From: Chiloscyllium plagiosum
Taxonomy: Eukaryota
Assembly (NCBI RefSeq): GCF_004010195.1
Contig: NC_057720.1
Span: 15,783,543-15,826,939, forward strand
Reading direction: 5' to 3'
Length of the DNA stretch: 43,397 nt
Positions 1 to 11,669 of this stretch are shown here, piece after piece (position 1 is the first letter of the stretch; the number at the start of each line of letters is the position of its first letter). Below the pieces are notes generated by a model, which ran no database searches, was not told the DNA's origin, and saw only the letters and a program-made list of their open reading frames with translations. The position numbers were made by a program, and so were the translations under genes.

Positions 1-527
1 AATAGTTATGGCTTATATTTTAAGTTTAATCAAGAGAGATATCTCCAAAAACATATAATCAAGAAAGAACCCACTCTACTCACTACTGCAGCCTTTCTAT
101 TGGACACACTTAAAACAACGATTAATTTATCTGATTCTGTGTTGTGAACTTCGCCCAAACAGGTTCCTCCATGATTAATTGTGAAGTTCACTGTTTGTTA
201 ATTTTCCCAGACACACTCCGATTTCCAGTGATATATGAATTCAAACAGCAAAGGCAGTAACTGTGCAGGTTCTCTCTCTCTCTCTCTCTCTCTCTCCTGC
301 ACTGTCCTCACCATGTGCTTCCTTTGTCTGTTCTTTTCTCTTTTAAAACTGTTGTTGTTTTGACTTTTTTTTTTCCAAAGTTCCAAAACAATGCAACAGC
401 ATATAAAACAGTAATTCTTGCTCCTGGAATTCAAGGAAATCACCTCCGACATCTCAAATACCTCAAAAAAGGAGCAGCTGTTACAGCTAGAAAATTTTCT
501 CATCCTCCATCTTGGATTACCCAGAAC
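1..527 (-). repeat. Unclassified interspersed repeat (LTR-like or LINE 5' region), running off the window start
   Basis: The minus strand begins near 527 with CTGGGTAATCCAAGATGGAGG (YY1-like AAGATGG) and contains an internal (GA)n tract. It begins about where the protein-like minus-strand frame from 640 loses coherence. The class is not determined. Confidence 0.4.
271..296. repeat. (CT)13 microsatellite
   Basis: Direct reading. Confidence 0.95.
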
Positions 528-639
528 AAACATCATGTAATCATTTCTGACATTATGGAATTCAATATTGAGACCCTCCATCTGTTCCCTCCACCACTCC
601 TCCATCTCTGTCAAAAGGATAAAACAAAATTTCAACACC

Positions 640-752
640 TTTCAGTTTTAAAGAAGAGTCATACTGGACTCAAAATGTTAACTCTGTTTCTCTATTTCAC
701 AGATGCTGCCAACCTGCTGAGATTCTCCAATATTCTCTGTGTTTGTTTCAGA
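640..752 (+). mobile_element. Degenerate Penelope pLTR-derived fragment
   Basis: AAGAAGAGTCATACTGGACTCAAAATGTTAACTCTG...CACAGATGCTGCC...CTGCTGAG, the same family as 17346-17554 and 37800-37962. Confidence 0.6.
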
Positions 753-775
753 TTGACAGTATTCACAAGATTTTT

Positions 776-1101
776 ATAGAATCATGGAATCCCTACAGAG
801 TGGAAGCAGGCCATTTAGCCCATTGAGTCCCCACCTGCCCTCCAAACAACATTCCATCCAGACTCACCCTGCAACCCTACCCCTGCAACCCTGTGTTTCC
901 CATGGCTAATTCACCCACAATGCACAACTTAACAATCAACCTAACCTGCACATTTCTGGACTGTGGGAGGAAACTGGAGTACCTGGAGAAAACCCACGCA
1001 GACACGGGGAGAATGTGCAAACTCCACACAGGCAGATGTCTGAGGCTGGAATCAAACTTTGGTCCCTGGCACTGTGAGGCAGCAATGCTAACTGCTGAGC
1101 T
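776..1101 (-). mobile_element. HE1-type tRNA-derived SINE
   Basis: The reverse complement matches the copies at 12521 and 23080 (GTGTGGAGTTTGCACATTCTCCCCGTGTCTGCGTGGGTTT) and has a CR1-like 3' tail. Confidence 0.85.
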
Positions 1102-1317
1102 AACATTGGGCCTTTTTGCTTTTAAAAGTCTGATTGATTCCTCAATTATTTCGCTCAATTCTTTCTCAATTTGATGTTAGAGTGCTAACTCAGGGACAAG
1201 AAAGTGCAGTGGTTCTGGAGCATGGAACAAAGGAAGCATTCACTTAAATCAAGCAACCAATGATGTCAACACCAATGCCGAGATACTAGGGCGTAAATGG
1301 TGAAGTCAGCTTGCAGA

Positions 1318-1540
1318 GCGATAGAGTCCTACAGCATGGAAATAGGCCCTTCAGCCCATGCCAACCAAAATATTCATCCATGCGAATGACATTTCCCTTC
1401 ACTCGGTCCATATCCTTCCAATCCTTTCCTATCCATGTATTTGTCCAAATGCCTTTTAAATGTTGTTAGTGTACGCACCTCAACCACTTCTACTGGCAGC
1501 TCATTCCATATGCACCCTGGGAGAAAGACTGAGTGCATTC
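1318..1540 (-). mobile_element. CR1/HER1 LINE 3' end fragment
   Basis: ATAGAGTCCTACAGCATGGAAATAGGCCCTTCAGCCC...GGCAGCTCATTCCATA, the reverse complement of the CR1 3' tail. Confidence 0.8.
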
Positions 1541-1805
1541 ATCCTTTCCAGAGAGAGGCCAATGAGATGACTTAATGCAGCAAGGATAATCAATTGTATT
1601 TGTAACCATGACAAATAGAGCAACACTATACTAAGATCGAGTAAGAGTGTCTTCCTTGTGAAAAGCTTCATAACTATCCACTTGGAAGAGATTGTGTCAG
1701 TTGAGACAAGCAACAACCTTTTCAATACTTTTTACTCAAGCTGCTACTGTCTGCTCTAAGTACCATCAAAGAATGATACTCTGGTTATGGAGTTATCATC
1801 TGGAT

Positions 1806-1943
1806 GTCATAGAGTCATAGTTTCATACAGCACGGAAACAGACCCTTCGGTCCAACCAGTCCATGCTGAACGTAATCCCAAACTGAACCAGTTCCACCTG
1901 CCTACTCCTGACCCATATCCCTCCAGACCTTTCCTATTCATGT
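1806..1943 (-). mobile_element. CR1/HER1 LINE 3' end fragment
   Basis: TCATAGAGTCATAG tail repeats and CACGGAAACAGACCCTTCGGTCCAACC. Confidence 0.8.
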
Positions 1944-2594
1944 CTCTACCCAAATCAAGAGATGCAGAAGGAGACTGCAAACATGCTGTCAAGAGCAGCA
2001 CTCCAGGTGCCATTGCAGTGGGGCAGGTAGTTAATGAGCTGAGTTTGGTAAGATAGGGTGAGAAAGTTCACCAAGCCTCATGGCAGAAAACTCTTCAGAA
2101 CAATCGGTTCAACAATAAACTTAGCAGGTTCGGCTGCACCTGTAGAGAGAAAAACAGAATGAATGTTTCAAGTCACAGATCTGTTGTCAGAACTGACAGC
2201 AGCAGGAAAGGAGTGGTATTTATGTTGGTGATGTTGGGGCTGGAGTTGCATGGAGGAAAGGAGTAAGTCAAATATGGAGATGGTGTCCTGCTGCTACCTA
2301 TTCTCCCAATCCTTTGTACCCTTTAATCTTCTATATATTACTCTTTGGTTCCCTTCCTCCTGCTAAGTTACTTTAAAGTCTCCCCAGCTGCACAGGAAAA
2401 CCATCCCACAAGGATAGTCATTCCAGCTCTTCTCAAGGGCTAGCTCTCTCGCCTATACATGTCTCAACTTCAGCTGTTCCTAATGTCCCTGAATCTGAAA
2501 CCCTCCCTCCTGCACCATCTCTTCAGCCCCTGTATTTAATGCATTTTATCCACTGACGTTAGGAGCAATCCAGGGATCATTACCTTTGATGGGG

Positions 2595-2790
2595 GTAGGT
2601 TAGCTTAGATTTCTAAAGTGTGCTGTAGAAAGCCAACATCGTAAGTTCAATTCACAAGCTGGCTGCATTAGTTCATGGCCGTTTCTCGCTTCACCTTACT
2701 GGTGAAGTGGTTAACCTTAAGCTATACATAATCAATTGTCTCTCTTTAATGGAGACGGGTGCCTATATCCTTTATGGATCATGGCTCCTT
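2595..2790 (+). mobile_element. Degenerate tRNA-derived SINE (same family as 19937-21850)
   Basis: B-box-like AAGTTCAATTC and a 3' part GGTTAACCTTAAG...GTCTCTCTTTAATG that resembles 21756-21850. Confidence 0.45.
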
Positions 2791-3234
2791 ACACTACCTT
2801 ATCTTTGAAGTTCTGTTCACTAACACCTGCTTGAGGAACCTCATCTCATGTACTTTGAACAAAATTATTACCCATTTATCAATTAATTATCTAACCAAAT
2901 TTTAAAAGTACGTGTAAAAATAATTCATCGCTAGAAAGTTGGATTATTCCATTTGAAAATATGGTGAGTCAAGTTTTGTAAAGTGAAATCTGTTCCACAT
3001 CACACTTCACATTCTGCTAATTATAGAATTAGTAAACAAACTATTTAACCAAATTTGTTTACATATGTTGAGTTCCACTGAATATCATTACGGAACTTAT
3101 TGAATGCCACTAAGACTTTAAAGGAATTCATCAAATCCCGACTTATTTTACATTAACCCACAAATACTTCATTTTGTTTTAGACCGTTCCTAGGTGAGTG
3201 GTCACTGAAATTAGTTCAATTGTGTGGTGAAAAG

Positions 3235-3332
3235 GTCCGGCGCGCTCCAAAAGCTTGTTATTTTAAATAAACCTGTTGGACTGTAACCTGGTGTCATGTG
3301 ACTTCTGACTTTGTCCACTCCCATCTCCACAT
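3235..3332 (+). mobile_element. Penelope pLTR fragment
   Basis: GCTCCAAAAGCTTG...AATAAACCTGTTGGACTGTAACCTGGTGTC...CATCTCCACAT matches the pLTR of the 5635-8034 element. Confidence 0.75.
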
Positions 3333-3632
3333 TGGGTAGTTTAGTGGCTCTTGTGATTATACGAAGGACTCCTCTTATACATAAATTTGAGAATGAGCTA
3401 CGGTTACCTTTAACCTTAACAGGTAATCTCACTTCTTTCATACAACTTTCATGTATAGTATCCATGATCACTTTCTCTGATATATGTCATAGTGTCTTCC
3501 ATATGTTGCCGTTCTAAATAAAAATGTTTTCTTTACTTCTGAGTTTTGCTTGGCTTTATTTCACAGCACACATTATTTGTCAGCCATGACAAGAGGAAAA
3601 CCACAAAAATCCAATCACATCCTGATCCTTAC

Positions 3633-4100
3633 CCAGATTTGTATGTCTGAATGTAACACTTCAGTTCCACTGGGAAAGATTACACAGACTCATGGGAAGC
3701 TATTGTACACAGCAGTGGGACTGGCCCCTCCATTGTCAGTGATTTTCACATATGCTGAATATTAATGCTTATGTAAATTGCAGGACACCAAACACACTGG
3801 AGAACAGCTTTCAGAAAACAATTAGTATCTTCCAGAGATCAAAGGCAGCACGGTACACGTCCCCCTAGATCTGTATGTTGTGTCTAAGGGGACTACAGGA
3901 AAATAGGACTTCAAAGAAACTCCCCAACCACTGGAGTAAGCATTGTGACAAGAAGGAAGATTCCCGGAGGAGTTTTCACACTGAATTTGTGAGTCACAAT
4001 GTATGCTTTCCTCATAAATCCATCCAAAGGGAATAATCTTGAATTTGCATCAAAAGATGTAACAAAGGAGATGAAAATGGTTGGGATTAGCAGCCCTTTA
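3633..4100 (-). pseudogene. Candidate decayed exon of the same gene
   Basis: The minus frame KLLRESSFLSQCLLQWLGSFFEVLFSCSPLRHNIQI*GDVYRAAFDLWKILIVF*KLFSSVFGVLQF ends at a strong donor CTGG|GTAAGG (3633/3632). The upstream boundary is uncertain. Confidence 0.45.
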
Positions 4101-4639
4101 AGCCTTAGAATTTGGAGGATAAGCCACATGATGAGCCACACGCCTTGCATAGTTATTGACGTTTTGAATTACAAATTCATTGAAAATATGCAACTTTTAT
4201 ACAAAATTCATATGCTTTTGAATTGAATATTAACTGCACATTAGTTGATTAACTGTGAAAATGCTCAATGTTTTGCATGCTCTTGAATTCATGTGAAAAT
4301 GTCAGAAGGGTTATCTTATGCTTCATTCAAGAACAAGACTGTCACCTAGTATTGATCCATCCAAGTCAACACTAACAATCACAAACCAATCGATACTCAG
4401 TATTAACCAGGACGCAGGAGGACACAGGTAAGAAGAAAAAAATGAGGATTTACACATAGTTGTTTGGAGTGAAGTAACGGCAACAATTAAATGGGCAAAT
4501 TAGCCTCCCTACTTCACTACATTTCCATATTAGTTAACAATTCGGAAGGTGATGCAATATTGTAGGAGTTATAAAGAAACATGAAGTTCAGGTGCAAAAT
4601 CAGCTATGACCTTATTGAATGGGAGAGCACACGCGAGGT

Positions 4640-4828
4640 GTCATGTAACTTAATCCTACTTATATGCTTCACATGGTCTCGTATGAAGTTTTCCATTACT
4701 CTTGTTTGATTGTTCACCATGAGTTGTTGGATATAACATCATGACAGACTGCAAGAATTGAAAGGCAGTCCCTGTACCACCTTCATCGTGGTCTGAGCCG
4801 GAATGTGAACATGTTAATGAGTTCCTCT
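4640..4828 (-). pseudogene. Candidate decayed exon, cut by a CR1 insertion
   Basis: Minus frame HVHIPAQTTMKVVQGLPFNSCSLS*CYIQQLMVNNQTRVMENFIRDHVKHISRIKLHD. Confidence 0.4.
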
Positions 4829-5190
4829 TATAGAGATGTGCAGCACAGAAACAGACTCTTTGGTCCAATCCATCCATGCCGAACAGATATCCTAATTAAT
4901 CTAGCCCTATATGCCAGCATTTGACCTATAACCCTCTAATCCCTTTCGATTCACATACAGATGCCTTTTTAATGTAGTAATTGTACTAGCCTTCGCCACC
5001 TTATCTGACAGCTCACTACATACATGCACCACTCTCTGTGTGAAAAAGTTGCCCCTTAGATCCCTTTAAAACTTTCTCCTCTCACCTTAAATCTATGCCC
5101 TCTAGTTTTGGACTCCCATACCCTGGGGAAAAGACCTTGGTTATTCACCTTATCCATACCCCTGTGATTTTATAGACTTTTCTCTAAGGT
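4829..5190 (-). mobile_element. CR1/HER1 LINE 3' fragment
   Basis: Closely similar to 26083-26683 and 28862-29403. Confidence 0.85.
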
Positions 5191-6127
5191 CAAAGGATTT
5201 AATTATTTTACTTGCTTAGGCTGGTTGGCTTTAGTCGGGATGTAAATAGAAACAGAAGAAGTCCATTCAGCCCATCATGACTAACCCGACCTATTGAAAG
5301 AGCAGTCAAGCTCCGTCTCACACCAACATTTTGTCCATAAATCCCAAGAGCTGCATGAAAAAAGACGTTTCTTAGTCACTTCTCTGGATCTTTTACCAAT
5401 TATTTACAAGAAATGGAGGTTCATCAGATGGAATAGCCTTTTCTCTAACTATCCTATGAAGACCTATCACAAACTTGGAAAACTTGAATCATTCAGTTTT
5501 TCAAACCTTCTCAGTCTCAAGGAGAAAATGGTGAACTTTGCCAGTGTCCTTTCATAACTAAGTCATTCATTAGTGCTAACATCCCTAATAATGGCTTTTT
5601 GCCTTTCCATTAAGTAGATGCCCAGGTAAGTAATGATGTGGAGGTGCTAGTGTTGGACTGGGGTGGACAAAGTTAAAGTCACACAACACCAGGTTATAGG
5701 CCAACAGGTTTAATTGGAAGCACTAGCTTTTGGAGCGTCGCTCCTTCATCAGGAAGCTGTGGAGCAGGATCATAGCAGGACACAGAACTTACAGCAGAAG
5801 ATCACAGTATACAATATATTTAGAATGGATTGCAGGTTTTGGATCATTCCAGAACTTCTTTCAAGTCACATTCTCAAGAAAACTTAAGGTTTTATTTAAA
5901 AAAGGTAACATCTCAGCTCAGACAATGTATTAAAGGTATGAGATTTGAGTCTGTCTCTATCCCAAACTTGAGGCAGATTGATTCTATTTCCAAAGTAGGA
6001 ATTTAGAAAATATTACATGGATTGACTGGCTGCATTGACTGCCTGCAGATTGCGTGTTTTTTGAGTAAAATAGAATCTATCTGTAATTTCGACTCTGCAA
6101 AGGCAAATTCACCCCATAGACTTATAT

Positions 6128-6366
6128 CTGTGTGTGTGCATGTGCAGGAGGCAGGAAGAGAAAGAGAGCGTGTGTATGTTGCAAGAAAGTGTGTGTGCAT
6201 ATGAGTGTGTGTGTGTGTGAGTGTGAGATTGTGTGTTTGCATGTGTGCGTCTCTTGGCGGTGTATGTATGCTTGTCTAAGAGGAAGCGTGTGTATGAGAG
6301 AGGGTCTGCTTGGGTGTGTGAGTATATAAGAGTATGCTTGTATGTGTATGTGTGTGAGCGAGTGTA
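6128..6366. repeat. (TG)-rich low-complexity tract inside the Penelope 3' region
   Basis: Imperfect GT/GA dinucleotide repeats. Confidence 0.85.
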
Positions 6367-6384
6367 TAGTGTAATGGGGGTGCA

Positions 6385-6760
6385 GTGCGACGTGAACTCA
6401 AGGTCCCTGTTGAGGCCATCCTCCTGGGTTCCGGACTTGGCCATCAGCCCCTGTTCGGCCACTCTGCATTGTTGCGTATCCTGAAGTCTGCCTTCAAGGA
6501 TGGTCATTCGAAGATCCGAGGCAGAATGTCTCTGACCGCTGAAGTGCTCCCCCGCCAAGGAGGGAGCATCTCTTTCTGACGATTGTAGCTTGGTGTCCAT
6601 TCATCCGTTGTCAGAGTGTCTGCTTGGTCTCACCAACGTACCATGCCTCGGGACATCCTTGCCTGCAGTGTATGATATAGACAGCGTTGGTCATGTGACA
6701 TGAGTACCTGCCGTGTACATGGTGGTTGATGGCATGTTTAATGGTGGTGTCCATGTCGAC
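6385..6760 (-). pseudogene. Penelope GIY-YIG endonuclease domain, decayed
   Basis: VYIIHCRQGCPEAWYVGETKQTL...EHFSGQRHS...VAEQGLMAKSGTQEDGLNRD. Confidence 0.85.
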
Positions 6761-6846
6761 ACTCTGCCACATCTTGCAGTGGTTGCCATGACAGTGTTGT
6801 GTGATCTGTGGTCGATGTTGTCCTGTTGTTTGCTGCGAACAATGGT

Positions 6847-7900
6847 CTATTTAATGTTTAGCAGTTGTTTAAAGGTGAGAAGTGGAGGCATAGGGAAGGT
6901 CTTGGCAAGGTGTTCATCCTCATCAATAATGTGTTGCAGGCTGCAAAGAACATCGTGTAGTTTCTCTGCTCCCAGGAAGTACTGGACAACAAAGGGTACC
7001 CCATCAATTGCAACCCGTGTCTGTCTCCTGAGGAAGTCATTACGGTTTCTCACTGTGGCATGTTGAGCATCATACCCTGTTCTTATGAGTGCTTCCTTCA
7101 GCACCTACAGGTGTCCATCATGTTCCTCCTCATCTGAACAGATCCTGTGTATACGTCGGGCTTGTCCATAGGAGATGGCTGTTTTAATCTGTTTGGGGTG
7201 GAAGCTAGAGATGTGCAGCATCATGAGGTCATCCATGGTTTTGCGGTAGAGTGAGGTGCTGAGGTGCCCATCCTTGATGGAGATGCATGTGTCCAACAAT
7301 GAGACAGATAATAAAGAGTAATCCATGGTAAGTCTGATGGTGGGATGAAACTTGTTGATATCACTGTGTAGTTGTTTCAGTGACTCCTTGCCATGGGTCC
7401 AGAGGAAGAAAATGTTGTCAATATACCTGGTGTACAATGCTGGTTGGAGGTACTGTGTAGCAAAGAAGCCTTCTGCGAACTTGTGCATTAAAATGTTAGT
7501 ATATTGGGGTGCAAACGTAGTCCCCATGACTGTTCCATGTGTCTGGATGAAGAACTGGTTGTCAAACATGAAAAGGTTACATTTGAGGATGGAGCGGATG
7601 AGTTGAAGGATGGTGCTCCGAGATTGGCAGTTGTTGGTGTTGAGTACTGAGGCTGTTGCCGCGATGCCATCATCGTGGGGTTGCTGGTGTAGAGTGCTGA
7701 AACATCCATTGTGATGTGGGAAATTCCTGGTTCAACTGGTCTGTGGGTGCTGAGTTTCTGTAAGAAATCTGTAGTGTCGCAACAGAAGCTGGGGGTCGCC
7801 TGTATAATGGGTTTCAAGCTGCCCTCGACATAGCCAGACAATATCTCACACAGGGTCCCAGTGCCTGACCCGATGGACGACTACATGTGTTGGCTTTGTG
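6847..7900 (-). pseudogene. Penelope reverse transcriptase, frameshifted and stop-containing
   Basis: ORF fragments 7488-7841, 7105-7569 and 6847-7104 (DTTDFLQKL, TMDVSALYTS, GTVMGT, RYIDN, SLYRK, AISYGQARRIHRICS). Confidence 0.9.
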
Positions 7901-8208
7901 TATTTTTGGTAAGCTATAAATTCTGTGTCTTATGGTCCTACTCCACGGCTACCTGATAAAGGAGCAACACTCTGAAAGCTAGCACTTCAAAATAAACCTG
8001 TCGGACTATAACCTGGTGTTGTGTGATTTTTAACCAAGTAATTAATGTAAGAATTGCCTTGACTAGATGCAGCACCACAGAATGAATGGTAACTCGAGAT
8101 TTTGTTTTTTAGTTTGACCTTTCTCCTCTCTTCCTCACCACTACCTCCACCCCCACACTCTCTCCCCCAGGAGCACCAACATATTCCAATAGGAATTTTG
8201 AGATTAAA

Positions 8209-8965
8209 TGTTATGAAATTGAAGGCATGTACTGTATCTTTAAGAGAGAGTGACTGCTGTATTGCATCGAGAGTTTACTAGCACCTGTCACATGACTAGC
8301 TAGCATTCTCAGAGTGTCTTGGAAAATTGAAAATATGTAAGATTTGGCTGCGAAACACATATCTTGAGCTTTGGTTGCTATTTTGACAGCAATTTGAATT
8401 TAACTAATCAGTTTAAATTATGCCCCAGGATACTAAAACCCAATCAATTTTGAATTTATTGTTTTTGCCAACTTTGAACCAATCCAATGATAGGGGTATA
8501 AAGAATCAGGCATTTTTGAAAGTTAGGCAGAGAGTACCTGCCATCTAGAGAAAGTTTTCCATTCAAAACACTCTCCATCAAAGGTACCCTTTTTTATATG
8601 AAATGCCTTTGCACTAAAAGACCGAAGGTGACCCAAGGAGATCTTCAGCTAGAAGGAGGAGGACAACGACGATGAGAGCTGCTGTGTGGGTTTGAAATTA
8701 AGTTGATGAATTGTTTTATGGGAACAATATATTGTTATAGAGCTGGAGGCAGATAACATGCATTTAAGAGAAATGAGATGTAGAGTTGTAAATAGTTGTT
8801 GTTTAATGTTCACTTTTAGAGTTAAAGAATATGTTGATATTCTTTCTTTAAATGGTGGAATTTGGGAGTTCTCTGTTACTCATACTTTAACAGATTACGA
8901 GGCGAGGTGAGCTTTTCTGGGTGTTTGGTTTAATTAGCAGAAGGGTTCACCGCCATGTTGAAACA
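8209..8965 (+). repeat. 5' LTR
   Basis: TGTTATGAAA...TGTTGAAACA; direct repeat of 14798-15568; TATA-like GGGGTATAAAGAA near 8493. Confidence 0.93.
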
Positions 8966-8969
8966 ATTT

Positions 8970-8995
8970 TGGGGGTTCGGGTCTGTGATTTGAAC
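8970..8995 (+). promoter_or_regulatory. Primer-binding site, tRNA-Pro-like (degenerate)
   Basis: TGGGGGTTCGGGTCTGTGATTTGAAC, 4 nt after the LTR, resembles TGGGGGCTCGTCCGGGATTTGAAC (the complement of the tRNA-Pro 3' end). Confidence 0.7.
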
Positions 8996-9172
8996 AGGTT
9001 TAGACAGATCCAGTCTGAGATTTGGATAGATTTGAACAGATTTGGGACATGAAAGATCCCAGCAAATTTAAACACTTTGTTGATTAGTGTCCTAGATCTT
9101 TAAATAGAACATAGGTGAGACAATTTGTTTAATTTCAATTGCTTGTGGTTGATTAAATTAAAAATCAGAGAA

Positions 9173-10870
9173 ATGGTTCTTAATATTGCTGAAGAAGTTC
9201 TGGAGTTTGAAGGTGATTCTCAAATTTGCCAAGAAAATTTAGAAAGACAGAAAAAGGCCATACTTTTAGAATTAGCAAAGAGGTTAGAATTGGGTTTAAC
9301 CAGGGACAAAAGGAAAGCTGAAATTGTAAGGGAGTTAGGCAAGCACTTAGGTGTGTCAGAGAAACAGACAAGGGCAGTAGATTTAGAGCAACTTAAATTA
9401 CAATTGAGAAAAATGGAGTTAGAAGATAAAGAAAGGGAGAGAGAAAGAGAAAAAGAAAGAGAGAGGAAACNNNNNNNNNNNNNNNNNNNNNNNNNNNNNN
9501 NNNNNNNNNNNNNNNNNNNNNNNNNNNNNNNNNNNNNNNNNNNNNNNNNNNNNNNNNNNNNNNNNNNNNNNNNNNNNNNNNNNNNNNNNNNNNNNNNNNN
9601 NNNNNNNNNNNNNNNNNNNNNNNNNNNNNNNNNNNNNNNNNNNNNNNNNNNNNNNNNNNNNNNNNNNNNNNNNNNNNNNNNNNNNNNNNNNNNNNNNNNN
9701 NNNNNNNNNNNNNNNNNNNNNNNNNNNNNNNNNNNNNNNNNNNNNNNNNNNNNNNNNNNNNNNNNNNNNNNNNNNNNNNNNNNNNNNNNNNNNNNNNNNN
9801 NNNNNNNNNNNNNNNNNNNNNNNNNNNNNNNNNNNNNNNNNNNNNNNNNNNNNNNNNNNNNNNNNNNNNNNNNNNNNNNNNNNNNNNNNNNNNNNNNNNN
9901 NNNNNNNNNNNNNNNNNNNNNNNNNNNNNNNNAAGAGAAAGACAGAGAGAGAGAGAAAGGGAGAGGGAAAGAGAGAAGAAAGAGAAAAGGAGAGAGAATT
10001 TGAACTTCAGAAGTTGTGACTTAGGAAAGTCAAGTTAACAGGAGGGAGATGAAGAGAGAAGGTAGTGATATATACAAATATGTTAAAACATTGCCACATT
10101 TTGATGGGAAAGATGTCAAAGCCTTCTTTATTTAATTTGAAAATTGGCTAGGCAGATGGAGTGGTCAGAGAACTTGTAGATAATGCTATTTCAGACTAAG
10201 CTGGCAGGCAGAGCTAGTGAGGTATTTGCAGCACTCTCTAATGAGGGGTCAAGAGATTATGATGTCAAAAATGCTATTTTGAGTGCTTATGAATTGGTAC
10301 CAGAAGCGTATAGACAGCAGTTCAGAAACATAAGGAAGGAACCAGGTCAGACTTATGTTGAGTTCAAAAGCATTAAACGTAGTCATTTTGATAGAATGGT
10401 GCGGGCTTTTAAAAAAAAGACTTATGAGACTCTAAGAGAGATTATTCTGCTGGAGGAGTTTAAAAACTCACTTCCAGAAATGATAAGAATTCATGTGGAT
10501 GAACAGAAAGTTCAAGAAGAGTAAAGAGCAGCAGAGATGGCAGATGAATATACTTTGGTGTATAAGGCAAAATTTAGCTTCTGGCAAGAATTTCATCTTG
10601 TGAGGGATAGAAATTGGGAGAAGGGGAGATCCTGCACTACACAACAAAGGGTACAGTACAATTGGGAATAGTTTTCTACAGGTTAAAAAAGAAGCCCAAG
10701 AGGGTGGAAGGGAGGTGAAAAGCCACAGATATTTTCACCGTAATGGAGTGGGACACAGAAAATTACAGTGCCAGTGATTTAAGAAGGGTCCTGGGAAAAG
10801 GTGCTTCCACTTTGGTAAAGTGGGACACGTGAAGTCACAGTGCTGGTCGTTAAACAAAGGCACTGTGGGA
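9173..10870 (+). pseudogene. gag (E/R/K coiled coil, capsid/SCAN-like region, zinc knuckles), decayed
   Basis: AILSAYELVPEAYRQQFRNIRKEPGQTYVEF...IILLEEFKNSLP; CFHFGKVGHVKSQC at about 10802-10843. Confidence 0.85.
9471..9932. other. Assembly gap (462 N) inside the GA-rich gag repeat
   Basis: N run flanked on both sides by GAGAAA-type low-complexity sequence. Confidence 0.99.
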
Positions 10871-10999
10871 AAAGATGTGGTAAAAGAAGCTAAGCCAGTG
10901 GCATTAGTGAAAGTAGTAAAGGAAACCCCAAGAAGAGCCAAGGAGCTGCAGGAGAGTGCACAGCCTGGGCAGAGGCTGGGTATGGAATCAGTACCTGAT

Positions 11000-11340
11000 C
11001 TCTATAAAGACTTCACCTCTGTGGGTAAAGTTTACTCAGAAAGAACAGGGCGAAAAGGGCAAGAAGCTATAATTTTGAGAGATACGGGATCTAATCAGTC
11101 TCTAATAGTAAGAGATGAACGTATTTGCACTCTTTTTGACCTGTTAACCAAGAGATTGGTAATTTGTGGGATGGATGGACAGAAATTTAGCATTCTCCTA
11201 TGTAAGATCAGTTTGGAGTGCCAACTCAAGATTAGGGAAGTAACTGTGGGAGTGATTGACATAGTGTCAGTGCTAGGAATCCAGTTTGTTCTTGGGAATG
11301 ATGTGGCAGGATCCAAGTTGGGAGTGACACCCCTTGTTGT
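11000..11340 (+). pseudogene. Retrotransposon aspartic protease
   Basis: IILRDTGSNQSLI ... GIQFVLGNDVAG (DTG and LGND motifs). Confidence 0.85.
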
Positions 11341-11587
11341 GGAGAAGCCAAAGGAAGACAAGGGAACTGAGGAGTTAAAAGAAAAATGGCCTGGAAATTT
11401 TTCAGACTGTATAGCAACAAGATCCCAGTATTATAAGTCACAGCACAAAGCAAAAACTAAACTGGAAGATGAAGGAGTTGAGGTTCAGTTAGTGGACACC
11501 CTATTTGATGTAATGGTGCAAGAAAAACCTGACAAGCAGAGGGTCAGATAGAAGTGTTTAGTCCCGAAAGGATAACAGAAAGACGAG

Positions 11588-11593
<6 letters not shown>

Positions 11594-11625
<32 letters not shown>
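11594..11625. repeat. (AT)n microsatellite expansion within pol
   Basis: Direct reading. Confidence 0.9.
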
Positions 11626-11629
<4 letters not shown>

Positions 11630-11669
11630 ATGCACAGTCAGATAAGGAGTCAGAATATATTCCTGAGCG

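Larger units (their letters stand above)
535..2110 (-). pseudogene. Decayed coding segment(s) of a large host gene, interrupted by CR1, HE1 and pLTR insertions
   Basis: The unique DNA between inserts translates on the minus strand as protein-like runs with scattered stops: FIVEPIVLKSFLP*GLVNFLTLSYQTQLINYLPHCNGTWSAALDSMFAVSF; KVLKRLLLVSTDTISSKWIVMKLFTRKTLLLDLSIVLLYLSWL; LHHLRPSISALVLTSLVA*FK*MLPLFHAPEPLHFLVPELAL*HQIEKELSEIIEESIRLLKAKRP; VLKFCFILLTEMEEWWREQMEGLNIEFHNVRNDY. Confidence 0.55.
5635..8034 (-). mobile_element. Penelope-like retroelement, 5'-truncated, with an inverted pLTR at its 5' end
   Basis: RT motifs QTHGTVMGTTFAPQYTNI and YTRYIDNIFFLW; GIY-YIG endonuclease; the pLTR at 5635-5795 (-) is mirrored at 7914-8034 (+); candidate TSD AAGTAAT at 5628-5634 and 8036-8042. 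Confidence 0.9.

Noticed and set aside
198..779. Overlapping 146-aa and 154-aa ORFs
   Set aside because: They run through repeat and microsatellite DNA; only the minus-strand part at about 535-640 looks like former coding sequence
6003..6600. Cluster of His/Thr-rich and Cys/Val-rich ORFs
   Set aside because: Translations of the (TG)n tract; only the start of 6109-6600 is real (Penelope endonuclease)
9125..10003. Longest listed ORF (292 aa)
   Set aside because: Inflated by the 462-N gap; it is the N-terminus of the retrotransposon gag
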